A stretch of 64,000 nt of DNA from Kiritimatiellia bacterium (GTDB taxonomy: Bacteria; Verrucomicrobiota; Kiritimatiellia; RFP12; UBA1067), in contig JBMNFY010000006.1 of NCBI GenBank assembly GCA_050949565.1, forward strand, positions 1 to 64,000. Reading direction: 5' to 3'. Of this stretch, positions 8,549-18,955 are shown one piece after another. The notes under the pieces were generated by a model, which had not been told where the DNA came from, searched no databases, and was given only the letters and a program-made list of their open reading frames with translations. Both the position numbers and the translations under genes were made by a program. Within the stretch, counting starts at the first letter, position 1. Each line of letters starts with the position of its first letter.

Positions 8549-11500
8549 TTACCTAAAGGTGACTATTAATCCCTGGCGACCGTCGCGGAGAACGTGCAAC
8601 ACGCCCGGCCCGGCGAAAAGCTCGTTGCCCGCGCTGTCCTGCGGGCGGTGTTGCGCACCGCTTTCGGACGAGCCGTATGTTCCGATCGTCTGCCGGACGC
8701 CGTCGATGTAAAGATCGCGGCATTTCTGTGTGACACCTTGAGCGAGTTCCAGCACGCCGTACGTCCCGTCCGTCTTGGCCTCGAAGCGCACATCGGTCTG
8801 CCGGCCGATCGCCTGGGCGTGTTCCAGAACGGTCCGCCCGCCCCGGATCACCAGTGCGGTCATGTTCGTCCATGAACCGTCCTCGTCGGCGAGGCGCGGG
8901 TAAGGGTTGTCCGAACCGCCTTTGAGATCGAACTCCTCGTTATCCGTCGCCGCGCGGCGCGTGAAGACGAGGATGCCGGAAACCACCTCCACGCGTCCCG
9001 TGGAGGTGCTCGCGCGCATCAGGAAGCGGCGCGCCGGATACGTCGCCTCGTAGGAAAGTGTCACTGCCCCTGTCCAGAAACCCTTGTCCGTTGTCTCGTA
9101 GCCGTAACCATCGGCGTCGCTGTAACCGGACGGGACGGAGAAGCCGTAACTGTAGTTATGCTTCGCCCAATAACTGGACGCGGGATTACGCGCAGTGTGG
9201 CGGGCGTTTCGGATGTGACGGTACCGCCGCCAGCGTGCATGGCAATTTGATCGACGCTCTGGTCGTTGCCGCAAAGATCGAGGACAGCGTTCTTGGACGG
9301 ATTGAGATACGCGCGCTGAGCGCCGTCGGGGCTGTTGTTCGGCACGTTCGGCATCGTGAAGCGTTGCGTTTCGTTGCTCGCGTCCACAGCATGCGGAACC
9401 ATCGTCTTGATCGTGCCGCCGTTCCAGGCGCCCACGCTCCCGTTGAGACGATTCAGCGTCGCATGAAGTTCCATCGTGCCGCCGCTCATGGAAAAACGGT
9501 CACGACAATGATAGGGACCGTTGAAAATCATTGTGCCGCTGCCGGAGATTGAACCCCCGTCACGGGACATAAAGAGATCGTTGAACGTGACCGTCGACCC
9601 TGCGCCGGATGAGATGGCCAGCGTCGAGGTGTTCGTAGTGGTCACGATGCCGTTGAAGGTGATGTTCGCGTTCTCGGGTATCGTGATCGTCGTCCTGCCT
9701 TGTTTCACCACAGACGTATCGACGAACCAGAGGTTGCGGTCGATCGTCACGCCGTCTGCATAGGTCGGAGACATCCCTGTCGCATGGTGGTAAATCGTCG
9801 CGAACGGGGCTACTTTGGGGCCGAGCGCGTGAGCTGCGTTGAACTGCACGTTGAGGTTTGAAACGACCACCGGAGCACCCCAGTGCGGTGCCGCAACGTT
9901 GAGTTCCAATATGCCGACGCTGCCGGTGCCGAGGATGCGGGTCTCGTCTGCGGTCAGTGACGAAACAGCGGCATCCACGACGATCTGTCCGCCTGACCCG
10001 ATGGCCCACTCCTGCTCGGCTGTGAGCATCAGCGGCGCTCCGATCCGGAAGGTCTGAGAGGCGGGCGTGGCGAGCCCCAGCGAACCGAGCCAGAAGGAGC
10101 ATCCGGCGTCAGCGGTAGTCTGGAACCCGACCGATCTCACGTCCATGCCTTTGAACCACACGGAACGGTCGAGGTGCATCGCGGAGTTATCGGCGGTGTT
10201 CTCGGCCACGGTCACGTACGACGTCGCACCGTTCAAGGCAGGCAACTCGCTTGCGCATTCCAGTTCGCGAGCGTCTGAACGCTGCCCGTTCCGTTCCATG
10301 TGACGTCCGTGCGCGAACCTTCCGGGAGTTCCGTCACCACCACGTAGCCCGCGCCCTCAATCCAGTCGGCGGTGCTCCCGTTCAAGTCCGCCTGCCCGTT
10401 GTAGAGTCCGGCTGTGACCGGCGTGCCATCAACGGTGAGCGATGCGATGGAAACGCAGATGCCGTCCGCCACGTTGATCTTGCCGCCGTCGTCCAGAATG
10501 AACGGTGCCGGAATGTTCCACATGGCATCTTCCTCGACCTTGAAACGGGAGTTCGCGCCGGCAACCGTGACGCTGGAAAGCGCCGTAAAGCCCGCGCCTT
10601 CCGCCACGCGGATCGTACCGTTGGAGACGGTCAGAATGCCGGTTGTCGGTGAAACGGTCTTGCGGAAGGTGAACGTGGCGCTGTTCTCCGGACACCAGCA
10701 GATGCCGGCGGCACCCTTGAACAGACCGCTGAAAGAGGTGTCGTCCATCGTGCCCATGAAATGGATATAACAGGTTGGGTCATTTGCCGTCACGTAGTGA
10801 GACGTACTGGTCACGTTCGTTGTCTCGCGGAACTTGCACCCGCTCAACTCAAGACTATTGGTGCCGAGGTCAGCAACAAGCTTGTTGATTGCAAGTCCCG
10901 CGCCATCGCCGTCAAACTGGAAGTCGCAATTCCAGATCCAGTAGTACTGGCGCAGATCGAGTTCACCTTCTTGCAGTTTAACGCCCTTGAATACGAACTT
11001 ACGGTTTGGGTAGTAACCTCCTGTATAGTCGCGGGCCTCCTTATAGGCGGTCTTTGCCGTGTTGAGCGGTGCATAACCTTCGCTGTTCTGTAGCGTGCCA
11101 GACCCCTTCTTGACGAGCGTGATGTTCTCGTTCCCATAGAGACTCTTCTGCACGTACAGTCTGCCACCCGCCCGGAGATCCACCACGGCATCGCCTTCTC
11201 CGGTGAACGCAACATTGCCATTGAACTTATGCGTATTGCCCGCCAACGCCGCGTTAGCCACGATGCCCATCCCGCCCGCCTGAAGCGTGAATGTGCCTTG
11301 GTGCTCGTGTTGCCGCTTGGCGTGGTTTCGTAGATCAGGCCACCGAACGCTGTACTTGTGCCGAAGTCTGAGCCGAAATCTTTTGCGGGTGAATATAAGG
11401 TTGTGTCGATGATGACGATGTCGCCGCTCACGGGAATACCGTTCAAGCCCGTCGCCGCGTTCACCCAGTTGTCCGCGCTCGTGAGAGAGTAACCATACTC

Positions 11501-11611
11501 ATACAGTCCCGTACACTTCGTAATGGATTGCTAATACCACGTATCGGAGGCAAAAACCACAGACGACATCGCAACTGCGGTGGCGAAAAGCACTTGGCGC
11601 AATTTTCTCAT
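8549..11611 (-). pseudogene. Secreted autotransporter-passenger-like beta-strand-repeat protein, degraded
   Basis: GAGGAG RBS and signal peptide MRKLRQVLFATAVAMSSVVFA; in-frame TAG at 11531-11533; three frameshifts (~11300, ~10260, ~9190) join ORFs with KKGSGTL / LTVSNGT repeats; ends …GRQGLIVTFR. Confidence 0.8.
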
Positions 11612-11826
11612 GACCAACATCTCCTCACACATTTAATTTTTTTTTGTCCCAGCGTGCCGCATAATCGGGCGTATACCGCGTCCCATCACGTAATTAAGCC
11701 ATTTTTTGGTTAAAAACGCACGATATTTATGTTAGAAATGTGTGAGTCTCGCGCACCGCACGCGGCGTTCCTTGACCCGCGCGCTCCAAACGGTTATCCT
11801 GCTGTACATATTTGGAGGGAGCTATC

Positions 11827-13608
11827 ATGCGTGTTTTATGGATCACACTTTTTACAATTTCTGGGTGGATGGCTTGCGCTGCGGATATTTCCGCTGTGCG
11901 TGCGGCCGATCCGCGCAATATCGTCAACGGTCTGCGTATCCCGAGCGAGAATTACGCGGATCAACCGTACGTCGTCGTCACGTCGAACGGTGCCTGGGTC
12001 TGCACCTTGACAACCGGCAAAGGGCTGGAAGGACAGCAGGGGCAGCATGTCGTCGCGACGGTCAGCCGCGATCAAGGCAAAAGCTGGTCGGAGTTGGTTG
12101 CGATCGAGCCCGATAGCGGCCCCGAAGCCTCGTGGGCCACGCCGCTGCTCACGCCGTACGGGCGCATCTATGTGTTTTATGTCTACAATGGTGACAACAT
12201 CGTGACGCTCCCCGGCTCTGACCGGCGCGTCAGGTCCGACACACACGGCTGGTACGCCTTCCGCTATTCCGACGACGAAGGCGCGACTTGGTCGGCCCAG
12301 CGTTTCCGCATCCCGATCCGCGTGACGGAGATTGACAAGGGTAACCCCTGGCGTGGCGAGGTCTGTCACTTCTGGGGGATCGACAAGCCGGAGATCAAAG
12401 GCGACAAAGCCTATTTCGCTTTCACCAAACTCGGCAAGTTTTTCATGCGGGACGGAGAGGGGTGGGTGGTGGAGGCCTCCAACATCCTGACGGAACGCGA
12501 TCCCGACAAGCTCGAATTCCGTCTGCTGCCGGAAGGCGACAAAGGCATCCGCAACCCGGCGCTGGGCAGTGTTCAGGAAGAGCACAATCTGGTGCCGCTT
12601 ACCGGCAACGATCTCCTCTGTGTCTTTCGCACCGCCAACGGTGTGCCCGCGCAGAGCTACAGCCGGGACAACGGACTCACCTGGTCGCTGCCCGAATCCA
12701 TGACATTCGCGCCCGGCAAACGGACCTTCAAAACGCCGCGTGCCTGTCCCAAGGTGTTTGTCACGTCAGAGGGCAAGTACCTCTTCTGGTACCATCACCA
12801 TGGCGGCAAGTCCTGGGCGGGACGCAATCCGGCATTCCTCTCGGGCGGCGTGCTGAACGCCGACGGCTTTATCCATTGGTCAGAGCCGGAGCTGGTTCTG
12901 TTCGACCCCAATGCGGCGATTCGCATGAGTTATCCCGACCTGATCGAACACGAAGGTCACTTCTGGCTGACCGAAGCGCAGAAGACGGTGGCGCGTGCCC
13001 ACCCGCTTGATCGCGCTATGCTGGATGGATTGTGGAATCAAGCCGAGGTCAAGGAAGTCTGCACCAACGGGATGCTGCTGGAAAAGAAGGATGACGGCGA
13101 TGCCGCGTCACGTCCGACCGTGCCGCGCGGCTTCGGCGACCTGGCGTACGGCGGGTTGACGGTTGAGTTGTGGCTGAACCTGACCGACGCGGGATCGGGG
13201 CAAACCCTGTTTTCGACCATGACGGAAGACGGCTGCGGGGTGCGCGTTGCGACCTCAGAGTTGGGCGGACGCCCCACGCTGGCGATTGAGCTCGGAGACG
13301 GCTCGCGGACAGCGCTCTGGCACACCGATCCCGGTGTGATCGAAGCGGGGAAACGCCATCATGTCGTTTTTGTCTGCGACTTCTCCGCCGCAGTGATCGC
13401 CGTCATTGCCGATGGTGTTTTCTGCGACGGCGGAACGGTTCGTCCATACGGCTGGGGTCGTCTGCCCTTGGAGATGGGCGATGTGACAGGGGCGTTCCAA
13501 GCGTTCCTCGCGCCATCCGTGCAGGGGCTCAGGCTTTACAACCGCGCCCTGCGCACCACCGAAGCAATCGGCAACTATCGTGCGGAAGTAGGAAGTAATA
13601 GGCGATAG
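11827..13608 (+). CDS. Secreted BNR/Asp-box (sialidase-like) protein with C-terminal LamG/ConA-like domain
   Basis: Signal peptide; Asp-boxes SRDQGKSW, SDDEGATW, SRDNGLTW; SYPD; LRLYNRAL. Confidence 0.85.
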   Translation: MRVLWITLFTISGWMACAADISAVRAADPRNIVNGLRIPSENYADQPYVVVTSNGAWVCTLTTGKGLEGQQGQHVVATVSRDQGKSWSELVAIEPDSGPEASWATPLLTPYGRIYVFYVYNGDNIVTLPGSDRRVRSDTHGWYAFRYSDDEGATWSAQRFRIPIRVTEIDKGNPWRGEVCHFWGIDKPEIKGDKAYFAFTKLGKFFMRDGEGWVVEASNILTERDPDKLEFRLLPEGDKGIRNPALGSVQEEHNLVPLTGNDLLCVFRTANGVPAQSYSRDNGLTWSLPESMTFAPGKRTFKTPRACPKVFVTSEGKYLFWYHHHGGKSWAGRNPAFLSGGVLNADGFIHWSEPELVLFDPNAAIRMSYPDLIEHEGHFWLTEAQKTVARAHPLDRAMLDGLWNQAEVKEVCTNGMLLEKKDDGDAASRPTVPRGFGDLAYGGLTVELWLNLTDAGSGQTLFSTMTEDGCGVRVATSELGGRPTLAIELGDGSRTALWHTDPGVIEAGKRHHVVFVCDFSAAVIAVIADGVFCDGGTVRPYGWGRLPLEMGDVTGAFQAFLAPSVQGLRLYNRALRTTEAIGNYRAEVGSNRR

Positions 13609-13630
13609 GTAATAAGTAAGAGGTAATAAG

Positions 13631-13929
13631 CCTAAAAAGAGCAGTTGAACCTTCAACTCTCTTTGGTTTCTGGTTTCATGGTTTCAAGGTTTCATGGTTT
13701 CATGGTTTCATCCAAATCGGGATCGGGATCGCTATCGGGATCGATTGTTTAACCACGGAACACACCGAACACACGGAAAGGCATGGCTCTGTTTCCGTGT
13801 GTTTAGTGTGTTCCGTGGTTCCAATCAGAAATTGCGTTCTGCACCAAATAGGTGCGGCGCGGATCTCAACGGAAGCCAATGTTTACGGGGCTTTGCTCAA
13901 AATCTGCATGCTCAACTGCTCTTTTTAGG
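13631..13929. mobile_element. MITE family 1, copy 1 (299 bp)
   Basis: 18-bp perfect TIRs CCTAAAAAGAGCAGTTGA / TCAACTGCTCTTTTTAGG; 5-bp TSD ATAAG (13626-13630, 13930-13934); no transposase; inverted near-identical copy at 48416-48706. Confidence 0.9.
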
Positions 13930-13963
13930 ATAAGTCATCCAGTCATCCGGCTCGCGGAGCGCT

Positions 13964-14013
13964 GGGAGGGGCAAGCGTCTGCTTGCCCGCGGACGAGCGA
14001 CGCTCGTCCCTTC
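13964..14013. repeat. REP-like palindromic doublet
   Basis: GGGAGGGGCAAGCGTCTGCTTGCCCGCGGACGAGCGACGCTCGTCCCTTC; same family at ~7922, 51854-51905 and in the 54.1-55.3 kb array. Confidence 0.8.
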
Positions 14014-14017
14014 ATCA

Positions 14018-15004
14018 TCAGCGCATCCACGTTGCGTAGCAGTACGCGCAAAGATGATGGCAGGTGTTATACATGCCGATGTCTTTACTGACGATACAGC
14101 CGCACTCTTTGCGCTGTCCTTTGTCCTTAAAGTACGGTCGGGCTGAATCCACGAAAAGGTCTGGTTCATAACCGAGAAAATCCATCAGCGCGGTATCGTG
14201 TGAAAACAGTTCTACCATGAGATCGTCATCGATGCATCGGTTGTGTTTGATACCGAATTGCTCCAAGTCTACTGTTTCGGCACAGGTGGCGATTTCAAAT
14301 TTCCACTGCTTGTTCATATCGCTGAGACGCTTGCCGAAGTCGCGTATGAGGTCGGGCGTAAATTCTCTGTACTCTGCAGGTTGTCTGGCGAGATTGTTGC
14401 GGACTTTTTTGTAGCACTCGATGTCGGCGAAACTGATCACGAGTTTCCGTGTATGCCCTTTGAGTTGCGCGGCGATATGCGCGATGCGGTCGAGCAACAC
14501 ATCGATGGTCAGTGAGTCCGACAAGAGCAGCGGATCGAAACGCCAGATCACACGTTCCGGCCCGATTTTAGACGACAGCCGTTTGAATGCCTCGATACGC
14601 TCGGTCAGCGGCGGAACCTTCGGCTCCAGTCCCTCGTTTTCATAGTCATTGACGGTGAACTGAAAGTAGGAGTTGATACCGGTCGCCTCAATTTGCGGTA
14701 AGTAACGCAGAAGTGGCTTGGGGTTCTTTGTCCAGAAGACAATCACGCGTGCATCCGCAAACGAAACATATTGGACTTGGGCAGCGTTGAACGGATTTAT
14801 CCAACGCACATAACCTGCTTTCAAGCGGTTGATCATCCATGTTGAAAAGAAAGCAGGAATATCCGTTGCGCGGCTCGCAGACAAAATAACCGGGCACACC
14901 GCATCCACAACCCTGCCATCAGGCAAAGTGAGCGCTGTCTTTCTCCATCCTCGAAATGACATGGGCCGCTTCTTTGCTGTCATTGTCTTCACTTTTTGAC
15001 TCAT
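14018..15004 (-). CDS. DUF1848 family protein
   Basis: ILSASRATDIPAF…NPFN…IVFWTKNP…IWRFDP…GQRKECGCIVSKDIGMYNTCHHLCAYCYA. Confidence 0.85.
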   Translation of the reverse strand: MSQKVKTMTAKKRPMSFRGWRKTALTLPDGRVVDAVCPVILSASRATDIPAFFSTWMINRLKAGYVRWINPFNAAQVQYVSFADARVIVFWTKNPKPLLRYLPQIEATGINSYFQFTVNDYENEGLEPKVPPLTERIEAFKRLSSKIGPERVIWRFDPLLLSDSLTIDVLLDRIAHIAAQLKGHTRKLVISFADIECYKKVRNNLARQPAEYREFTPDLIRDFGKRLSDMNKQWKFEIATCAETVDLEQFGIKHNRCIDDDLMVELFSHDTALMDFLGYEPDLFVDSARPYFKDKGQRKECGCIVSKDIGMYNTCHHLCAYCYATWMR

Positions 15005-15194
15005 TTGCTACCCATCCCGAATTTGACGAACAGGAATATACTCCCCGTTACTGGCTTACACAGACAGTACACCGATTGTAGCTTTTGTGCAATACACGTT
15101 TGTCAACGGGTGTCAACTCGTCGAAGCCAGCAGCCAGTCTTGCGTTCATCGCGCAATTGCGTCGAGGGGAAAAATTGGATATATTAAGACGCCT

Positions 15195-15881
15195 ATGAAG
15201 ATCCAGATTCTTCCATCGCTGTTGGCAGCGGATTTTGGGCATTTGGCTGAGGAGATGCGGCGGGTCGAGGAGGCCCGGGCCGATGCGCTGCATCTCGATA
15301 TCATGGACGCGCACTTTGTGCCCAATCTGAGTTTTGGGCCGGACATGACGGTGCTCGCGCGGCGGGTCGTGCCAGACCTCTACCGTAATGTGCATCTGAT
15401 GATGACGCGGCCTGACCTCTATGCGGAGCGCTTTATCGATGCCGGGGCGCAGACTCTCCAGTTTCATGTCGAAGCGGACTGTGATGTGTGGGCCGCTCTC
15501 AAGGTCATCCGCGCACGTGGCGTACGATCCGGGTTGGTGCTGCGGCCGCAGACTCCGGCGTCGGCGGTCTTTCCGTACCTGAAGCTGTGCGACGAGGTGT
15601 TGTTCATGACGGTGAACCCCGGCTATGGCGGTCAGGCGTTCATGAGCGAGGTGCTGCCGAAAGTCCGTGAACTGCGCTGCCATGCGGATGCCTGTGGCCT
15701 AGGTGCGTTGGACATCATGGTGGACGGCGGCATTAATCTTGAGACCGCCGCCCTTTGCGCGGCGCATGGGGCCAATCAGTTTGTGGCCGGCAGCTTCCTT
15801 TTTAAACAGAGCGACATGGGCGCGGTGATCGCGCAGATGCGCGAGATTTGTACGAGAGAATATGGCACAAAGACTCGATAA
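15195..15881 (+). CDS. rpe: Ribulose-phosphate 3-epimerase
   Basis: PSLLAADF, LHLDIMDAHFVPNLSFG, VHLM, MTVNPGYGGQAF, VDGGIN. Confidence 0.95.
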   Translation: MKIQILPSLLAADFGHLAEEMRRVEEARADALHLDIMDAHFVPNLSFGPDMTVLARRVVPDLYRNVHLMMTRPDLYAERFIDAGAQTLQFHVEADCDVWAALKVIRARGVRSGLVLRPQTPASAVFPYLKLCDEVLFMTVNPGYGGQAFMSEVLPKVRELRCHADACGLGALDIMVDGGINLETAALCAAHGANQFVAGSFLFKQSDMGAVIAQMREICTREYGTKTR

Positions 15882-17679
15882 CATACGCAACTTTTGTATC
15901 ATCGCCCATATCGATCACGGTAAGACGACGTTATCGGACCGCGTCTTGGAACTCACCGAAGCCATCGATCTGCGCAATCTGCGTGAGCAGACGCTGGACG
16001 CGATGGATCTTGAACGCGAACGCGGCATCACCATCAAGTCGCATCCGGTCTCCATGGCCTACACCGCCAAGGATGGCAAGACCTACCTGCTCAATCTGAT
16101 CGACACGCCGGGCCATGTGGACTTTAACTATGAGGTGTCGCGCAGCATGGGCGCGTGTGAAGGCGCGGTGCTGGTGGTCGATGCCGCGCAGGGCGTCGAG
16201 GCACAGACGGTCGCGAATGCCTACCTTGCGATCGACAATGAATTGGAGATCGTGCCGGTGCTCAACAAGGTCGATCTGCCTGGCGCGAACATTGAGGATG
16301 TGTCGCACCAAATCGAGGATGTGCTAGGTATCTCGATGGATCGACCGCTCCTGATCAGTGCCAAGACCGGCGAGGGTGTGCCCGATGTGCTGGAGGCGAT
16401 CGTTGCCCGCATCCCGCCACCGGAAACAGCAGGCGTTGATGCGCCGCTACGGGCGTTGGTGTTTGACTCTGTCTTCGATGAGTTTCGCGGCGTGATCACC
16501 TACGTGCGTGTGGTGGACGGTTGCATCAAGGTCGGTGACGCGGTGCGCTTTATCGGTAGCGGCCAGACCACGCAACTTCGCGAAGTGGGTATCTTTAGCC
16601 CGGATCAAAAGCCGGTTGACGTGCTCGAAGCGGGGCAGGTAGGGTACTTGGTCGGTGCGATCAAAGACCCGGCTGATATCAAGATCGGCGACACGGTGAC
16701 TTGGGTCAAGGATGGAGCAACCGAGCCGCTGCCTGGTTTCAAAGAGGTGCGCCCGATGGTGTTCAGTGGCGTCTATCCGGTCAGCAGCGACGAGTTTGAG
16801 AAGGTGCGCGCCGGACTGGAGAAGCTGCACCTGAATGACTCCGCCTTCACGTTCCATGCTGAGAGTTCGGTCGCGCTGGGCTTCGGGTTCCGTTGCGGGT
16901 TCCTAGGACTGCTGCACATGGAGGTGGTTCAGGAGCGGTTGCGCCGCGAGTTCGATCTGGACATCATCAATACGCATCCGTCGGTCGTGTACCGTGTGTT
17001 GCTCAAAGACGGTGAAGTGCTGGAGTTGGACAATCCCGTGCAGTTGCCGGATGTGACGCGCATCGAGCAGATCGAAGAGCCGATGATCAAAGCCACGATC
17101 ATTTGTCCGAGCGAGTGCATCGGCGACATCATGCGCATTGCACTGGAACGACGCGGTGAGGTTAAGGGCACCGAGAGTCTCGACACGCGGCGCGTGATCC
17201 TGACTTTCATCCTGCCGCTGAACGAAATCCTGATTGATTTCCATGACATGCTCAAGAGCGTGAGCCGCGGGTATGCCTCGATGGATTACGAGCCGTACGG
17301 CTATCAGGCGAGCGACATTGTCAAGATGGACATCCTGCTCAACGGCGAGTTGGTGGACGCCTTTTCAATTCTGGTGCACCGCGATAAGGCGGTTGCGCGC
17401 GGTCGTCAGATGTGTAAGGCGTTGTCCGAATCCATCCCGCCGCACATGTTCAAGATCCCGGTGCAAGCCGCGATCGGGCGCACGATCATTGCCCGTGAGG
17501 ATATTCGCGCGTTCCGTAAGGATGTCTTGGCCAAGCTTTACGGCGGTGACGTGACGCGCAAGCAGAAGGTTTTGAAGAAGCAGAAGGCCGGTAAGGCGCG
17601 TATGAAAGAGTTCGGGCAGGTCAATGTGCCGCAGTCCGCCTTTATCTCCGTGCTCAAGGGGTCATCTAAGGACGATTGA
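15862..17679 (+). CDS. lepA: Elongation factor 4
   Basis: IRNFCIIAHIDHGKTTL, DTPGHVDF, GFRCGFLGLLH, KLYGGDVTRK. Confidence 0.98.
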   Translation: MAQRLDNIRNFCIIAHIDHGKTTLSDRVLELTEAIDLRNLREQTLDAMDLERERGITIKSHPVSMAYTAKDGKTYLLNLIDTPGHVDFNYEVSRSMGACEGAVLVVDAAQGVEAQTVANAYLAIDNELEIVPVLNKVDLPGANIEDVSHQIEDVLGISMDRPLLISAKTGEGVPDVLEAIVARIPPPETAGVDAPLRALVFDSVFDEFRGVITYVRVVDGCIKVGDAVRFIGSGQTTQLREVGIFSPDQKPVDVLEAGQVGYLVGAIKDPADIKIGDTVTWVKDGATEPLPGFKEVRPMVFSGVYPVSSDEFEKVRAGLEKLHLNDSAFTFHAESSVALGFGFRCGFLGLLHMEVVQERLRREFDLDIINTHPSVVYRVLLKDGEVLELDNPVQLPDVTRIEQIEEPMIKATIICPSECIGDIMRIALERRGEVKGTESLDTRRVILTFILPLNEILIDFHDMLKSVSRGYASMDYEPYGYQASDIVKMDILLNGELVDAFSILVHRDKAVARGRQMCKALSESIPPHMFKIPVQAAIGRTIIAREDIRAFRKDVLAKLYGGDVTRKQKVLKKQKAGKARMKEFGQVNVPQSAFISVLKGSSKDD

Positions 17680-17711
17680 TTGTAAAGGCGGCGGAAAAGG
17701 GGAGTCCAAGC

Positions 17712-18875
17712 GTGAATTATTTTGAGAAGCGAAAGATCAGAAAGCAGCTCAAGGCCGTGCTGCACCACGCGCGCACGTTGCGGTGCAGCCGTGAAGACAT
17801 CATGAGTGCCGACGATCTGGAGTCGTTGGACGAGCATGTCGCACGGGCGCGGGAGGCGTACGCCGCGCGCGAAGGCGAGGCAATGGAGGATGCGGGCAGT
17901 GCGCTCGAAACCTGTATTACGCGCATCAACCCGCCCAAGCCGTATGCCGGCTGGCGCGAAAATTTCGACGTGCTGGTGGTGGCGATCTCGGTGGCGATGG
18001 CCTTCCGTGCCTACTTCTACCAGCCTTTTAAAATCCCGACCGGGTCGATGCAGCCGACGCTCTACGGCATTCATTCTGAGGCGCGTCCACCGTCGGCGGC
18101 CACGGTGCTGGATCAGCAGCCGCTCAAGTTCTTCAAGTGGCTGGTCACCGGCACGTCGTTTAAGACCGTGCGTGCCAAGACGTCCGGCACCGTGAATTTC
18201 ATGCCGAGCGACAGCAGCAAGAAGCCGGGATACATGCCGGTGGTCGTGGCCGGTGTGCCGCATTACGTGCCGAACGACGCCGTCGAGATCGACGCCTATC
18301 GTCGTCCTGTACGGCTCGCGGGCGGCGTCGCCAACGGTGCCAGCGTTAGAGCCGGTGAGGTGCTGTGGTCCGGCGTGGTGATCTCCGGCGATTTCGTTTT
18401 TGTCAACCGCTGGAAATGGAACTTCTCGCATCCGACGCGCGGCGAGATCATGGTCTTCTCCACAACTGGCATCCAAGCGCTGATGCAGGGCACGCACTAC
18501 ATCAAGCGCATGACTGGACTGCCCAATGAGACGCTTCAGATCAAAGCGCCCAATCTGCTGATCAACGGCGAGGTGGTCACCGAGCCGCCGCGCATAGGGC
18601 AGATCGCGCGCCGTGAGACGGTCTGGCCGGGGCATCCGGCTTACGCAGGATTCAATCCGAGCGGCACGCGTCAGGTCTATTTCCCGGGGCAGTCGCTAGC
18701 CTCGGAACAAGACAGTGTGACGCTCAAGGCGGATGAGTATTACGCCATGGGCGACAATTCGTTCAACAGCTACGATAGCCGCTATTGGGGGCCGGTGCCG
18801 GAGCGCAACCTGCTGGGACCGGCCACGATCGTGTACTGGCCGTTCACATCGCCGCGCTTCGGCCGGATCCGGTGA
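17712..18875 (+). CDS. lepB: Signal peptidase I with long N-terminal extension
   Basis: FKIPTGSMQPTL, GDFVFVN, YIKRMTGLPNE, MGDNSFNSYDSRYWG; follows lepA. Confidence 0.93.
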   Translation: MNYFEKRKIRKQLKAVLHHARTLRCSREDIMSADDLESLDEHVARAREAYAAREGEAMEDAGSALETCITRINPPKPYAGWRENFDVLVVAISVAMAFRAYFYQPFKIPTGSMQPTLYGIHSEARPPSAATVLDQQPLKFFKWLVTGTSFKTVRAKTSGTVNFMPSDSSKKPGYMPVVVAGVPHYVPNDAVEIDAYRRPVRLAGGVANGASVRAGEVLWSGVVISGDFVFVNRWKWNFSHPTRGEIMVFSTTGIQALMQGTHYIKRMTGLPNETLQIKAPNLLINGEVVTEPPRIGQIARRETVWPGHPAYAGFNPSGTRQVYFPGQSLASEQDSVTLKADEYYAMGDNSFNSYDSRYWGPVPERNLLGPATIVYWPFTSPRFGRIR

Positions 18876-18955
18876 CCAGTCGGGGTGGCGCACCGGCACC
18901 GGAATCGGGATCGGTGTTGAAATCAAAACCAATGCCCCATAGCGAAAGAGTCAAC

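Noticed and set aside
11531-11533. Programmed TAG readthrough (pyrrolysine or recoding)
   Set aside because: The same gene has three frameshifts, and TAG ends other genes in the window, so decay is simpler.
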